Below, piece after piece: positions 8,387 to 18,385 of a DNA stretch of 64,000 nt. Source of the DNA: Candidatus Omnitrophota bacterium (GTDB taxonomy: Bacteria > Omnitrophota > Omnitrophia > Omnitrophales > Aquincolibacteriaceae); assembly GCA_903884815.1 (NCBI GenBank), contig CAISGE010000021.1, forward strand, positions 448 through 64,447, in the 5' to 3' direction. The first letter of the stretch is position 1. Each line of letters starts with the position of its first letter. The notes under the pieces were generated by a model that had not been told where the DNA came from, ran no database searches, and worked only from the letters and a program-made list of their open reading frames with translations. Position numbers and translations under genes: made by a program.

Positions 8387-10330
8387 ATGGCAAAGATCTT
8401 AGGAATCGATTTAGGAACCACCAATTCATGCATGGCCATCATCGAGGGCGGGGAGCCCAAGGTGATCGAGAATAAGGAAGGCAACCGAACCACGCCTTCC
8501 ATCGTCGCTTTCACGAAAACGGGGGAGCAGTTGTGCGGGCAGACCGCGAAACGTCAGTCCGTGACCAATTCGGAGAACACCATCTTCAGCGCCAAGCGTT
8601 TTATTGGCCGCCGTTTTGAAGAAGCGGGACATGAGGTCCAGATGGTGCCGTTCAAGGTCAAAGCCGGGAAACACGGCGAAGCGGTATTCAACATTCCTCA
8701 GGAAAAACGCGATTTCACGCCGCAGGAGATCTCCGCGAAAGTCCTTATGAAGCTCAAGGCCGACGCGGAAATGTATCTCGGGGAAACCATCACGCAGGCC
8801 GTCATTACGGTGCCGGCGTATTTTAACGATTCCCAGCGCCAGGCCACCAAAGATGCCGGGCAGATCGCCGGACTCGAAGTCCTGCGCATCATCAATGAAC
8901 CGACCGCGGCGGCACTCGCATACGGTCTCGACAAGAAAAAGGATGAAACCGTAGCCGTCTACGACCTCGGCGGTGGAACCTTCGATATTTCCGTCCTCGA
9001 GCTCGGTGAGGGCGTTTTTGAAGTCAAAGCCACGAATGGCGACACGCACTTGGGCGGTGATGACTTCGACCAGAAGATCATCGACTGGCTCATCGCGGAA
9101 TTCAAAAAAACCGAAGGCGTCGATCTCAGCAAAGACAAGATGGCGATCCAGCGCCTCAAGGAAGCCGCGGAAAAAGCAAAGTGCGAGCTCTCCACAGCCC
9201 AAAGCACGGACGTCAACCTTCCGTTTATCACCGCCGATGCCTCCGGGCCGAAGCATCTTCTTCTGACGCTGACGCGCGCCAAACTCGAGCAGTTGGTGGT
9301 CGATCTTATCGAACGCACGGTCGGCCCCTGCATGCAAGCGATGAAAGATGCCGGTGTGAAACCCGAGGAAATCGATGAAGTGATCCTGGTCGGCGGTATG
9401 ACCCGCATGCCAGCCGTAGTCCAGAAAGCGAAGGATCTTTTCAAGAAAATCCCGCATCAGGGAGTGAACCCCGATGAGGTCGTTGCGATCGGTGCGGCGA
9501 TCCAGGGCGGCGTGCTGAAAGGGGATGTCAAAGACATCCTGCTGCTCGACGTCACCCCGCTTTCGCTCGGTATCGAAACCCTCGGCGGTGTCATGACCAA
9601 GCTGATCGAGCGCAACACCACGATCCCTACGCGGAAATCTGAGATCTTTTCTACCGCCGCGGACAATCAAACCGCGGTGACCGTGAAAGTCCTTCAAGGA
9701 GAGCGAGAAATGGCCGCGCACAACCGCGTGCTCGGGCTTTTCAATCTCGAGGGAATCCCGCCCGCGCCGCGCGGCGTCCCTCAAGTCGAGGTGACCTTTG
9801 ATATCGACGCGAACGGCATCGTTCACGTGTCTGCCAAGGATCTTGGGACGGGGAAGGAGCAGAAGATCCGCATCGAATCTTCATCCGGTCTTTCCAAAGA
9901 TGAAGTCGAGAAGCTTGTCAAGGAAGGTCAGGCTCACGCCGATGAAGACAAACGCCAGCACGAGGTCATCACCGCGCGCAACCAACTCGACAACCTGATC
10001 TACGCAACCGAGAAAACACTGAAAGAACACGGCGACAAGATCTCGGAAGACGAGAAGAAGAAGGTCGAGGAGGCTCTCAAAGAAGCCAAGACCGCACTCA
10101 CCAGCGAAGCTAAGGAAGAACTGGAAAAAGCAGCGCAAAAGCTCAGCACCGCGTCTCATACTATTGCTCAGAAGATGTATGAGGAAGCCGCAAAGAAGGC
10201 CGGGAATAAAGGCGGCGCAGCTCCCGAAGCGGGCGGCGGAGAAGCCAAAAAGGATGAGGGGGTCGTGGACGCGGATTATGAAGTCGTCGACGAAGAAGGC
10301 AAGAAAAAGAAAGAAGAAGAGAAGCAATAA
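8387..10330 (+). CDS. dnaK: Molecular chaperone DnaK (Hsp70)
   Basis: 647 aa. N-terminus [22 protein letters not shown]..., Hsp70 signatures ([27 protein letters not shown]) and the C-terminal substrate-binding/lid region. An AGGAGA RBS lies 7 nt upstream. The antisense 466-aa ORF 8426..9826 is a shadow ORF. Confidence 0.97.
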   Translation: MAKILGIDLGTTNSCMAIIEGGEPKVIENKEGNRTTPSIVAFTKTGEQLCGQTAKRQSVTNSENTIFSAKRFIGRRFEEAGHEVQMVPFKVKAGKHGEAVFNIPQEKRDFTPQEISAKVLMKLKADAEMYLGETITQAVITVPAYFNDSQRQATKDAGQIAGLEVLRIINEPTAAALAYGLDKKKDETVAVYDLGGGTFDISVLELGEGVFEVKATNGDTHLGGDDFDQKIIDWLIAEFKKTEGVDLSKDKMAIQRLKEAAEKAKCELSTAQSTDVNLPFITADASGPKHLLLTLTRAKLEQLVVDLIERTVGPCMQAMKDAGVKPEEIDEVILVGGMTRMPAVVQKAKDLFKKIPHQGVNPDEVVAIGAAIQGGVLKGDVKDILLLDVTPLSLGIETLGGVMTKLIERNTTIPTRKSEIFSTAADNQTAVTVKVLQGEREMAAHNRVLGLFNLEGIPPAPRGVPQVEVTFDIDANGIVHVSAKDLGTGKEQKIRIESSSGLSKDEVEKLVKEGQAHADEDKRQHEVITARNQLDNLIYATEKTLKEHGDKISEDEKKKVEEALKEAKTALTSEAKEELEKAAQKLSTASHTIAQKMYEEAAKKAGNKGGAAPEAGGGEAKKDEGVVDADYEVVDEEGKKKKEEEKQ

Positions 10331-10442
10331 ACTTGGGAAATAGCCCCCAGGGGCCCGAAGAAAATAGCAGGTGGGGAACGTTCGCGATCAACGCGGGCGT
10401 TCCCTTTTCTCCGTTTCACTTAGCAAAAAAGGCGAGACGCTC

Positions 10443-11357
10443 ATGGCTCAAATTGTAAAACGCACGGCTCTATACATTCTTCTATTTTTGGTGCTCGCTT
10501 GTTTGCCAAGTGCTTGGGCGGATCCCGCTCTCGAGGGAGCGCAACTGCCTGCAGATATTTACCAGGACCAAAAAGTAGAACTCAAGCTGACTATTGAATG
10601 GCCGGCTAGCGAAGGCGCCTATGAGTTCAAATCCCCGGATGACATCAAATTCAGCAACTTCCAACTTCTCGATCACGGCCAATCGCAAGATACATATTCC
10701 GGTAGTTCTGGCCCCACCTCCCGTCTGGCCTTGACCTATCAAATCATGCCGATCACCGCTGGACAAGGGATGGTCAGCAGCTTCGAAGTCCGCTACCGGA
10801 AATCGCGAGGGTCGAGTTGGAACAAAATCCGGACACCCAACATCCTCGTAGACATAAAGCCGGGATTGCCTATAAAAATGATCCTGATCTTAACCTCAAT
10901 CACGCTCGCCATCATCATTCCCTTTGCGCTCTGGCTCTTCCGCTCTTCGGCGGTGGAGAAAGAACATGAAAAAAAGTTTCAGAATGATCCGAAACAGCAG
11001 GTCTACGCGAACGCCGCATTAAAGTTCGACGACTTCATCTCCGGATATAACGCAACCGCTCTTAAAACGCTGCTTAGCGAATGGTCTTCGGAGCTACTCC
11101 GTGTGATTTTCACCTGCCACGACATTCCGCTCCACTCAGCGAGTCGCTCCGAGGTCCTCAATGAGCTTGCCGCCAAGAATATTCCGGAAAGTGAAATCGA
11201 GGAAATCAAGACTCTTTTCAGCAATCTCGAGCGCCTGAAATTTTCGGCAGATTCCATGACAAGCTCTGAATTAGAAGGGATTAGGGACACGCTTTTAAGA
11301 TACACGAGAAGCAAGATTGTCGTTGGCCCATCTGATTTTACAAATTACCTGAAGTGA
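10443..11357 (+). CDS. Hypothetical exported membrane-anchored protein (signal peptide, ~130-aa beta-rich domain, one TM helix, ~150-aa alpha-helical cytoplasmic tail); paralog 1 of 3 in the MoxR/Bat cluster
   Basis: Start taken at the ATG at 10443 (MAQIVKRTALYILLFLVLACLPSAWA), not the track's upstream TTG/GTG-type start at 10371. Conserved TIEWPA motif and C-terminal QQVYANAALKF motif are shared with the 11397 and 14250 genes. Confidence 0.6.
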   Translation: MAQIVKRTALYILLFLVLACLPSAWADPALEGAQLPADIYQDQKVELKLTIEWPASEGAYEFKSPDDIKFSNFQLLDHGQSQDTYSGSSGPTSRLALTYQIMPITAGQGMVSSFEVRYRKSRGSSWNKIRTPNILVDIKPGLPIKMILILTSITLAIIIPFALWLFRSSAVEKEHEKKFQNDPKQQVYANAALKFDDFISGYNATALKTLLSEWSSELLRVIFTCHDIPLHSASRSEVLNELAAKNIPESEIEEIKTLFSNLERLKFSADSMTSSELEGIRDTLLRYTRSKIVVGPSDFTNYLK

Positions 11358-11396
11358 TCAGCCACGAAGCACGTTTCTTCATGTTAGGAAAGTCCT

Positions 11397-12284
11397 GTGA
11401 ACCTTCAAAATAGATGGTTACGCATGAAACGGAAATTTGTATTTTCTTTTCTCTTGGCTGCCATACTGGTGCCATCGGCGTTCGCAGCCCCGAGCCTGAA
11501 GGTAACCGCCCCGCCCGCGCAAATCTCTCTGAGTGAACGCTCGACACTGACCTTGCAACTCGAATGGCCGGCCGCTGAAGACCCCTACGAGATCAATTCC
11601 CTGGAGCCAAAAACAGAGAACCTGGAACTCGTCGATCAAAATCAGTCGCAGGAAACAGGGGCTGTGGTCAGGCAGACGATTACGTATACATTCCGCGCCA
11701 TCAAAAAAGGCTCAGCCCTTATCTACCCGTTCGAGATCAGCTATCGGAAATCGGAAACGGATCCGTGGAGCCCGATCCTCATTCCGGAACAAAAGATTCG
11801 CGTCACTTCAAGCTTCCCCTTGAAATCGATCTTCATAGGAATCATCATTTTGTTGGGCGTCACCGCTTTGGGCTACGGCATTTTCATTACTCAGAAGATC
11901 CTTGCGAAAAAGAAAGCCGCAAGCGAGATGCCTCCGCCGGACCCCCGGCAAAGGATCTACGCGAACGCCGAAGAAGCCATCGCGACTTTCGCTTCTCCGG
12001 ATGCGAAGATCAAGCTCACCCACTGGTCCAATCAGCTCCGAGCCGTAGTCGCGACCTATTATGACGCTACCGCCAAGGGCAACTCGAACACTGGGCTTCT
12101 TTTGCACCTGAAGTCGAAGGGGCTTCCCACGGGGGAGTGGAACGAAGTCTCACAGCTTTTGGAGCAATTGACCGAGATGCAATTTTCGCGGCAGGACATT
12201 CCGTCCTACGACCTCGACCGGCTGCAAAAGACCCTCTTGCAATATATAAAGGGCAAGATTATCATTGAAAATTCAAATTCGTAA
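11397..12284 (+). CDS. Hypothetical exported membrane-anchored protein, paralog 2 (same SP-beta-TM-alpha architecture)
   Basis: GTG start at 11397 with AGGAAAG 5 nt upstream; an alternative ATG lies at 11424. Signal peptide FVFSFLLAAILVPSAFAAP. LQLEWPAAEDPYE aligns with the LTIEWPASEGAYE of the upstream paralog. TM IFIGIIILLGVTALGYGIFI. C-terminal QRIYANAEEAIATF motif. Confidence 0.6.
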   Translation: MNLQNRWLRMKRKFVFSFLLAAILVPSAFAAPSLKVTAPPAQISLSERSTLTLQLEWPAAEDPYEINSLEPKTENLELVDQNQSQETGAVVRQTITYTFRAIKKGSALIYPFEISYRKSETDPWSPILIPEQKIRVTSSFPLKSIFIGIIILLGVTALGYGIFITQKILAKKKAASEMPPPDPRQRIYANAEEAIATFASPDAKIKLTHWSNQLRAVVATYYDATAKGNSNTGLLLHLKSKGLPTGEWNEVSQLLEQLTEMQFSRQDIPSYDLDRLQKTLLQYIKGKIIIENSNS

Positions 12285-12316
12285 TCATAACCAACCTGCG
12301 CACGAAGGAGACCCCC

Positions 12317-13306
12317 ATGGACAGCTCGATCCAGGAAGTAAATGCCAAGATTCGCGAAGCTAGCGCCACTCTAAAAGACCTCAACCGTGAGATTGGAAAG
12401 GTCATTGTCGGTCAGCAGTATCTTGTCGACCGGCTCCTCATGGCGCTTTTGGCCGACGGGCACATTCTGATCGAGGGCGTCCCGGGCCTTGCCAAGACCC
12501 TCTCCGTCCGGACACTTTCGCAGGCGATCGCCGCACAGTTCCAGCGCATCCAGTTCACGCCGGACCTTCTCCCCGCCGACGTGGTGGGGACCCTGGTCTA
12601 TAACCCCAAAGATGGGCATTTTACGACCAAGAAGGGCCCGATTTTCACGAACATCGTCTTAGCCGACGAAATCAACCGGGCCCCCTCCAAGGTCCAAAGC
12701 GCGCTACTGGAGGCCATGCAGGAGCGCCAGGTCACGATTGGCAGCGAAACATTCCCTCTGCCGGTGCCTTTTCTGGTCCTCGCCACTCAAAACCCCATTG
12801 AACAAGAGGGGACTTACCCGCTACCCGAAGCCCAGGTCGACCGTTTTATGCTGAAACTTGTGGTCAGTTACCCGAGTAAGAAAGAGGAGAAGGAAATCCT
12901 GGAGCGCATGGCAATCGGCAAACCCATCAAGGTCAATCCCGTGATGACGATCGACCGGATCATGGAACTTCGCCAGCTTATGCATGAGATCTATATCGAT
13001 GAGAAGGTGAAGGATTATATCCTCGACCTTGTATTCGCGACGCGCAACCCGCAAGACTACAAGCTGGCCGATTTAAAGCCGCTTATCTCCTACGGCGCTT
13101 CACCTCGCGCGAGCATCATGCTGACGTTGGCGGCCAAAGCCAACGCCTTCCTTCAGGGACGCGGCTATGTGACTCCCGATGACGTCAAACAGATCGGAAC
13201 GGACGTCCTTCGCCACCGCGTGCTCGTCACCTATGAAGCGGAAGCCGAGGACATCACGTCCGAGGACATCGTCAAAAAGATCTTTGACCAGGTCGAAGTC
13301 CCGTAA
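12317..13306 (+). CDS. MoxR-family AAA+ ATPase
   Basis: 329 aa. Walker A GVPGLAKT, Walker B VLADEINRA and the typical MoxR N-terminal helix; RBS AAGGAGAC. Canonical first gene of MoxR-DUF58-VWA (Bat) operons. Confidence 0.9.
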   Translation: MDSSIQEVNAKIREASATLKDLNREIGKVIVGQQYLVDRLLMALLADGHILIEGVPGLAKTLSVRTLSQAIAAQFQRIQFTPDLLPADVVGTLVYNPKDGHFTTKKGPIFTNIVLADEINRAPSKVQSALLEAMQERQVTIGSETFPLPVPFLVLATQNPIEQEGTYPLPEAQVDRFMLKLVVSYPSKKEEKEILERMAIGKPIKVNPVMTIDRIMELRQLMHEIYIDEKVKDYILDLVFATRNPQDYKLADLKPLISYGASPRASIMLTLAAKANAFLQGRGYVTPDDVKQIGTDVLRHRVLVTYEAEAEDITSEDIVKKIFDQVEVP

Positions 13307-13380
13307 CAATTCAAGATCCGGGATCCGAATTTTTTGATCTTGAATCTGTTCGGACCGGCAAGGAAGGATAGAATCGAACG

Positions 13381-14253
13381 ATGATCCCCGCAACGCTTCT
13401 CAAAAAAGTCCGTAAGATCGAGATCCGGACCACGCGTCTCGTCAACGACCTCTTCGGCGGGGAGTATGAGTCGGTATTCAAGGGGCAGGGGATCGAGTTC
13501 GCCGACGTCCGGGAGTATGTCCCCGGCGACGATGTCCGCTCGATCGACTGGAACGTCACGGCAAGGACCGGCCACCCTTTCGTCAAAAAATTCGTCGAAA
13601 CCCGCGAGCTCACGGTATTTTTCCTAGTCGACATGTCCGGCTCGCAGTATTTCGGCTCCATTGACAAACTCAAATCCGAGATCGCGGCCGAAATCACCGC
13701 GATCCTCGCCTTTTCGGCTGTCAAGAATAACGACAAAACAGGACTCCTCATCGCGACGGAAGGCGTCGAAAAATTCATCCCCGTCAAGAAGGGGAGGAAC
13801 CACGCCCTCCGCGTCATTCGCGAGATCCTCGGCTATCAACCTCAGAAAAAGAAAACGAATCTTAAAGAAGCCATTGAATATCTTTACCGGGTCCAGACGC
13901 GTACCTCAGTCGTCTTTCTCATCTCGGATTTCATGGATGACGGCTATGAAAAGGCGCTGAAGATCCTCAGCCAGAAACACGATGTCGTCGCAATTCATCT
14001 GCATGATCCTCTGGAACAGCAACTCCCGAAGGTCGGACTCCTCGAACTCGTGGACCGGGAGACGGGGAAAACAATGTTAGTCGACACGTCCTCGCCTCAA
14101 TTCCAGAAACGGTTCCGCCAGACAACGGATCAAAAGCTCGCGGCCCTGGAAAAACTCTTCAAACGTCTTCAGATCGACCGCATTGACATTCCCGCGAACG
14201 CCTCGTATATCGAGCCTCTGTTCAAATTCTTCAAGAGCCGGGAGAAAAAATGA
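13381..14253 (+). CDS. DUF58-domain protein (MoxR-associated, VWA-like fold)
   Basis: 290 aa. DUF58 signature region (FKGQGIEFADVREYVPGDDVRSIDWNVTARTGHPFVKKFVE) followed by FLVDMSGS. Its stop overlaps the next start (ATGA). Confidence 0.85.
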   Translation: MIPATLLKKVRKIEIRTTRLVNDLFGGEYESVFKGQGIEFADVREYVPGDDVRSIDWNVTARTGHPFVKKFVETRELTVFFLVDMSGSQYFGSIDKLKSEIAAEITAILAFSAVKNNDKTGLLIATEGVEKFIPVKKGRNHALRVIREILGYQPQKKKTNLKEAIEYLYRVQTRTSVVFLISDFMDDGYEKALKILSQKHDVVAIHLHDPLEQQLPKVGLLELVDRETGKTMLVDTSSPQFQKRFRQTTDQKLAALEKLFKRLQIDRIDIPANASYIEPLFKFFKSREKK

Positions 14254-15200
14254 AAAAGCTCCTCGGCTTCGCGCTTCTTTTCTTCATTCTCTCAGGAGGT
14301 TGGGCGCTCGCCGCCGAAGCCGACGATATCCATGTTAAAGCGGAAGTCGACAAAGCCTTCCTCACGATCGGCGACCCGGTCACTTATACGGTCACGGTGG
14401 AACACTCGCCCGACATCCAGGTTCTCTCCAATTTTCCGGCGCCGGCTTCGGACGTCCTTGAGATCAAAAAAGTCGAGGACATTCACAGAAAACTGAAGAA
14501 GAAATCCATTGATGGACGAAAATTCATGCTCACGACCTACCGCCTCGGCGAATTCGTCCTCGACCCCGTAACGATCGAGTACCGCAAAGAGGGACAGGCC
14601 ATCAAAAAGGTACAAACCAACAAGCTCTACCTGACGGTCAAGAGCGTCGCGAGTGGAGAGAAACTGGAAGACATTCGGGACGTCAAATCCGTCATCCCAT
14701 TCAAATTCCGCATGGGAAAGTTCCTATGGACGCTTGTGGGCCTCTCCCTAGCCACGGCTGGCTTTTTCCTCTACCGTTTCCTCCGTAAACACAAGGCTCT
14801 GGCCCTGCCTCCAGCGCCGCCCCTCACGCCCGAGGAAGAGGCGCTGCTTCACCTGACGGAGCTTTTCGAATCAGACCTTCTCAAGCGCGCGTTTATAAAA
14901 CTGTATTACCTTCGGCTTTCGGAGATCCTGCGCGCTTACTTTGAAAAGCGTTACAAGATCCTTGCCGTGGAGTCCACCACAAGCGAGATCCTGCGCGCCA
15001 TCCGCCCGCTGCATCTTGAGCCCGGACTCTATCAAAAGATCCAGTACGTCCTGGAGTCCTCCGACCTCGCTAAATTTGCCAAGTGGGTCCCGACGCCCTC
15101 CGAAACGATACAGCTCAATAAGAAGGCTGAAGAGATCGTCCGGGAAGCAGCACCGGCTCCGGAGCCAGCACCCGTGGAGGAGGCCTCCCATGGTGTTTAG
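14250..15200 (+). CDS. Hypothetical exported membrane-anchored protein, paralog 3 (SP-beta-TM-alpha), Bat-cluster associated (BatD/DUF4381-like suspected)
   Basis: Signal peptide MKKLLGFALLFFILSGGWALA, a beta-rich domain, TM FLWTLVGLSLATAGFFLYRF and a C-terminal helical domain. Same architecture as the 10443 and 11397 gene products. Confidence 0.6.
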   Translation: MKKLLGFALLFFILSGGWALAAEADDIHVKAEVDKAFLTIGDPVTYTVTVEHSPDIQVLSNFPAPASDVLEIKKVEDIHRKLKKKSIDGRKFMLTTYRLGEFVLDPVTIEYRKEGQAIKKVQTNKLYLTVKSVASGEKLEDIRDVKSVIPFKFRMGKFLWTLVGLSLATAGFFLYRFLRKHKALALPPAPPLTPEEEALLHLTELFESDLLKRAFIKLYYLRLSEILRAYFEKRYKILAVESTTSEILRAIRPLHLEPGLYQKIQYVLESSDLAKFAKWVPTPSETIQLNKKAEEIVREAAPAPEPAPVEEASHGV

Positions 15201-16170
15201 GCATCCCGCGTTCTTTCTGCTTGTGTTCCTTTTGCCGCTCATCTTTATGTGGGCCCGTGGCCGCGAGAAGCTGGAATTCGCCTATTCTTCGGTGGATCTT
15301 CTAAAAGGCCGCCCGGCAACCACGCGGATGTTTCTCTGGAAGATGCTGCCACTCTTGCGCGCCCTCGTCTTCGTTCTGCTGATCGCGGCGCTTGCAAGAC
15401 CCTCGAGCGTTTCAAGCGACAGGGAATACCAGACCCATGGAGTCGACATCCTGATCGCACTGGATATTTCGGGATCCATGCTCGCCGAAGACTTCCAACC
15501 GGAGAACCGCGTTGCCGTCGCCAAGCAGGAAGCGATCAAGTTCATCAAAGGCCGTGAAAATGACCGGATCGGGCTCGTAGTCTTCTCGAAAAAGGCCTTC
15601 ACGCAGTGCCCTCTGACCCTGGATTACCGCATTTTGATTGAGCTTCTGGGTGAGATCCGTGTCGGCATGATCGCCGACGGTACCGCCATCGGCATGGGGA
15701 TCGCCACTGCCGTGAACCGCCTCCGCGACTCGAACGCCAAGAGCAAGGTCATCATTCTCCTAACGGACGGAGAGAATAACGCCGGGAATATCGACCCCAT
15801 CACGGCAGCGGAACTTGCCAAGAGCTTTGGCATCAAGGTCTACACGATCGGCATTGGACGGGGAGGGATGGTGCCGTTTCCGGTCGATGACCCGCTTTTC
15901 GGCAAGCGCTATGTGCAGGCCAACGTGGATATCGACGAGACCACTCTGAAGCGCATCGCCGACATCACTGGCGGCCTTTTCTTCCGGGCCCGCGACACCG
16001 CCGGACTCGCAGAGATCTACGAGCGCATCAACAAGCTTGAAAAAAGCGAGGTCAAGGTCAAGGAATACAAAAGCTTCAATGAACTCTTTCCGATCTTTCT
16101 CTTTCCGGCCATCTTACTGCTTTTCCTGGATATTTTTTTACGGCGCACGATTCTAATGAAAGTACCTTAA
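15190..16170 (+). CDS. batA: BatA-like VWA-domain membrane protein
   Basis: Start chosen at the ATG at 15190 (MVFRHPAFFLLVFLLPLIFMW), not the track's 14941 extension, which overlaps the previous gene in another frame. VWA MIDAS motif DILIALDISGSM, LLTDGENN, C-terminal TM FPIFLFPAILLLFL. Overlaps the upstream stop by 11 nt. Confidence 0.85.
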   Translation: MVFRHPAFFLLVFLLPLIFMWARGREKLEFAYSSVDLLKGRPATTRMFLWKMLPLLRALVFVLLIAALARPSSVSSDREYQTHGVDILIALDISGSMLAEDFQPENRVAVAKQEAIKFIKGRENDRIGLVVFSKKAFTQCPLTLDYRILIELLGEIRVGMIADGTAIGMGIATAVNRLRDSNAKSKVIILLTDGENNAGNIDPITAAELAKSFGIKVYTIGIGRGGMVPFPVDDPLFGKRYVQANVDIDETTLKRIADITGGLFFRARDTAGLAEIYERINKLEKSEVKVKEYKSFNELFPIFLFPAILLLFLDIFLRRTILMKVP

Positions 16171-18276
16171 ATGCAATTCTTTAAACCTGAAAATTTTCTA
16201 TATCTGTGGTTGGTTCCGGCGATCCTGGCGCTTTTTCTTCTTTCTCACAATCTCTGGAAAAAAAGGATGAGCCGCTTAGTTCAGGACGAAACCCTCTTGG
16301 CAAAGCTCGTCGCAGGCTACCGGAAAGGCGAGTGGCTCGTCCGCGCGATCCTCACCATGCTCGCCGTCCTTTGCTTTGTGCTCGCACTCGCGAGGCCTCA
16401 ATGGGGCGATGAAAAGCGAAGCGTCCAGCGTAAGGGCGTCGACCTCATCTTCCTTGTCGACACCTCGCTTTCCATGCTCGCAGAGGACATCAAACCCAAC
16501 CGCCTGGGAAAAGCCAAGTTCGAGATCGAGACCTTTATTCAAAATCTGAAGGGGGACCGCGTCGGTATGGTCACCTTCGCGGGATCGGGGTTCCTCCAGA
16601 CGCCGCTCACACTCGACCACGCGGCCTTCCTGCTCTTTCTGGACGCCGTTCAGGTCGGATTTCTGCCCGACCCCGGGACCTCACTGGTTCAGGCCATACA
16701 GTTGGCCCTACGGGCTTTCCCTCAAAAAGAGCTTAAATACAAAGCCCTGATCCTTTTCTCAGACGGGGAAGACCATGAAGGGAGCATCGAACAGGCCATT
16801 GAAGAGGCCAAAGAGGCCAATGTCCGCGTCTATACGATCGGCCTTGGGACCGCAGAAGGGGAGCCCATCCCCCTGAAGAATGAGAAAGGGGAGCGCCAGG
16901 GGTTCAAGAAGGACCGTAGCGGGCAGATGGTGCTTACAAAGCTCAATCAGCCACTCCTCGAGCGCCTCGCCAAAGAAACGGGCGGCATCTATCTTCCCGC
17001 CACCCCCGGCGAAAAGGAAGTCGATGTGATCCTGAAACATCTGCGCGGCTGGGGCGAGCAACAGTTTGAAGAAAAAATGGTGGTCGAGAGGGAAGACCAA
17101 TATCAGATCTTCCTCATCTTCGCCTTTATCTTCCTTGTCGCGGAAATGCTAGTCCGGCGCAAAGACCGTCCCAAGGCGGGCCTTCTTGTCTGTCTGGCGG
17201 CTTTTTTTCTTTTCACGGGCTTCCTGGAAACCTCCCAAGGCACAGTCAAAAAGGGCAACACCCAATTCGCGAAAAAACAATACCAGTCCGCACTCGACGC
17301 CTACCGCAAGGTGCAGGTGAAGAACCCGGACGCGCCAGAAGTACTTTACGATCTGGGAACCACGCTTTATAAAACTGATTCCTTCCAGGAGGCGGCCCAG
17401 AACTTGGAGACCGCCGCAGCCAAGGCGCAGGAACCTCCGACGAAGGCCAAAGCCCTTTACAATTATGGCAACGCCCAATACAGGCTTGGCAATTTTGAAA
17501 AGGCCATCGACTCCTACAAAAAAGCCCTCGCGATCGACCCCAACGACAAGGACGCCAAATACAATCTCGAATTCCTGCGGAATCAGAAAAACAAGATCGA
17601 CAAAAAAGATCAGGAAAAGAAAAAAGAAGATCAAAAAAAGGATCAAAATAAGGACCAGAATCAGCAGAAAAACCAACAGCAAAAACAAGACCAGAAGGAC
17701 CAACAAAAGGATCAACAAGGCCAAGGGCAGCAAGACCAGAAAAATCAGGGGCAAGGCCAAAAAGACAAGCAGGACCAGGGCGGCCAGGGGCAGCAGGACC
17801 AAAAAGACCAGAAGCAGGAACAGAAGGATAAGCAAGATCAGCAACAGAGCCAGGGACAGCAGGGTCAACAAGATCAACAGAAGCCTCAGGATCAGCAGCA
17901 AAGCCAGGGACAGCAAGGCAAGCAGGACCAAAAGGATCAGCAACAGCAGCCCAAACCCCAGGACCAGCAACAGAACCAGGGGCAACAGGGTGATCAGGAT
18001 AAAAAAGACCAGGGGCAACAAGGACAGGAGCAGCAAAAGCAAGACCAACAACAAGGTGATCAGCAGAAAGAACAACCGCAGCCAGGCCAGGAACAAAAAA
18101 AAGAAGGCGCTGAAAAAGACCACCAAGGCCAGGCCAAGCAGCCTCTTCAGGGCCAAATGAGCATGGACAATGCCTTAAACATTCTGGACGCGATGAAGGA
18201 ATCCGAAAAAGAGCTTCAGGACCTCCGCCGCCCGCCAGTCAACAAAAACCCGCCAGCGGTGGACAAAGATTGGTAG
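16171..18276 (+). CDS. batB: BatB/BatC-like fusion: N-terminal TM helices + VWA domain + TPR repeats + ~200-aa Q/D/K-rich low-complexity tail
   Basis: VWA motifs (DLIFLVDTSLSM, ILFSDGEDHEG, VYTIGLGT) and TPR-like repeats (ALYNYGNAQYRLGNFEKAIDSYKKALAIDPND). The ATG directly follows the batA stop. The tail is listed separately below. Confidence 0.85.
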   Translation: MQFFKPENFLYLWLVPAILALFLLSHNLWKKRMSRLVQDETLLAKLVAGYRKGEWLVRAILTMLAVLCFVLALARPQWGDEKRSVQRKGVDLIFLVDTSLSMLAEDIKPNRLGKAKFEIETFIQNLKGDRVGMVTFAGSGFLQTPLTLDHAAFLLFLDAVQVGFLPDPGTSLVQAIQLALRAFPQKELKYKALILFSDGEDHEGSIEQAIEEAKEANVRVYTIGLGTAEGEPIPLKNEKGERQGFKKDRSGQMVLTKLNQPLLERLAKETGGIYLPATPGEKEVDVILKHLRGWGEQQFEEKMVVEREDQYQIFLIFAFIFLVAEMLVRRKDRPKAGLLVCLAAFFLFTGFLETSQGTVKKGNTQFAKKQYQSALDAYRKVQVKNPDAPEVLYDLGTTLYKTDSFQEAAQNLETAAAKAQEPPTKAKALYNYGNAQYRLGNFEKAIDSYKKALAIDPNDKDAKYNLEFLRNQKNKIDKKDQEKKKEDQKKDQNKDQNQQKNQQQKQDQKDQQKDQQGQGQQDQKNQGQGQKDKQDQGGQGQQDQKDQKQEQKDKQDQQQSQGQQGQQDQQKPQDQQQSQGQQGKQDQKDQQQQPKPQDQQQNQGQQGDQDKKDQGQQGQEQQKQDQQQGDQQKEQPQPGQEQKKEGAEKDHQGQAKQPLQGQMSMDNALNILDAMKESEKELQDLRRPPVNKNPPAVDKDW
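17560..18150 (+). repeat. Low-complexity coding region: cryptic CAG/CAA/GAC/AAG repeats encoding a Q/D/K/G-rich, probably disordered tail of the BatB-like protein
   Basis: Translation KKDQEKKKEDQKKDQNKDQNQQKNQQQKQDQKDQQKDQQGQGQQDQKNQGQGQKDKQDQGGQGQQDQ... runs for ~200 aa. The opposite-strand and +1-frame ORFs 17149..18156 and 17465..18160 are artefacts of this repetitiveness. Confidence 0.9.
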
Positions 18277-18282
18277 ATACGC

Positions 18283-18335
18283 GGGTAACGGGAAACGGGA
18301 AAGCTTTATCGTTACCCGTTAGCCGTTCCCCGAGT
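18283..18335 (+). terminator. Candidate terminator hairpin after the batB-like gene
   Basis: cgggtaacg...cgttacccg is a perfect 9-bp inverted repeat (loop ~19 nt), followed by ttagccgttccccgagttttatttt with a T-rich tract, 7 nt after the TAG stop. Confidence 0.4.
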
Positions 18336-18385
18336 TTTATTTTATAAACTGTAAAGATGGTTTTATAACACAAAGGAGAAATGAC

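Noticed and set aside
8426-9826. 466-aa ORF on the minus strand
   Set aside because: Lies entirely antisense to dnaK, whose identity is unambiguous. Its composition (R/G/D-rich, no motifs) is typical of a shadow ORF in GC-rich coding DNA.
14941-15189. Upstream 83-codon extension of the batA ORF given by the ORF track
   Set aside because: The extension overlaps the preceding gene in a different frame and encodes an R/S/P-rich peptide. The ATG at 15190 begins a typical BatA N-terminal TM segment (MVFRHPAFFLLVFLLPLIF).
17149-18160. 335-aa (minus) and 231-aa (plus, other frame) ORFs overlapping the 3' end of the batB-like gene
   Set aside because: Both are by-products of the CAG/CAA/AAG/GAC low-complexity DNA (poly-L and poly-K/R/T/S translations). 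The in-frame continuation of the VWA-TPR protein is the coherent reading.
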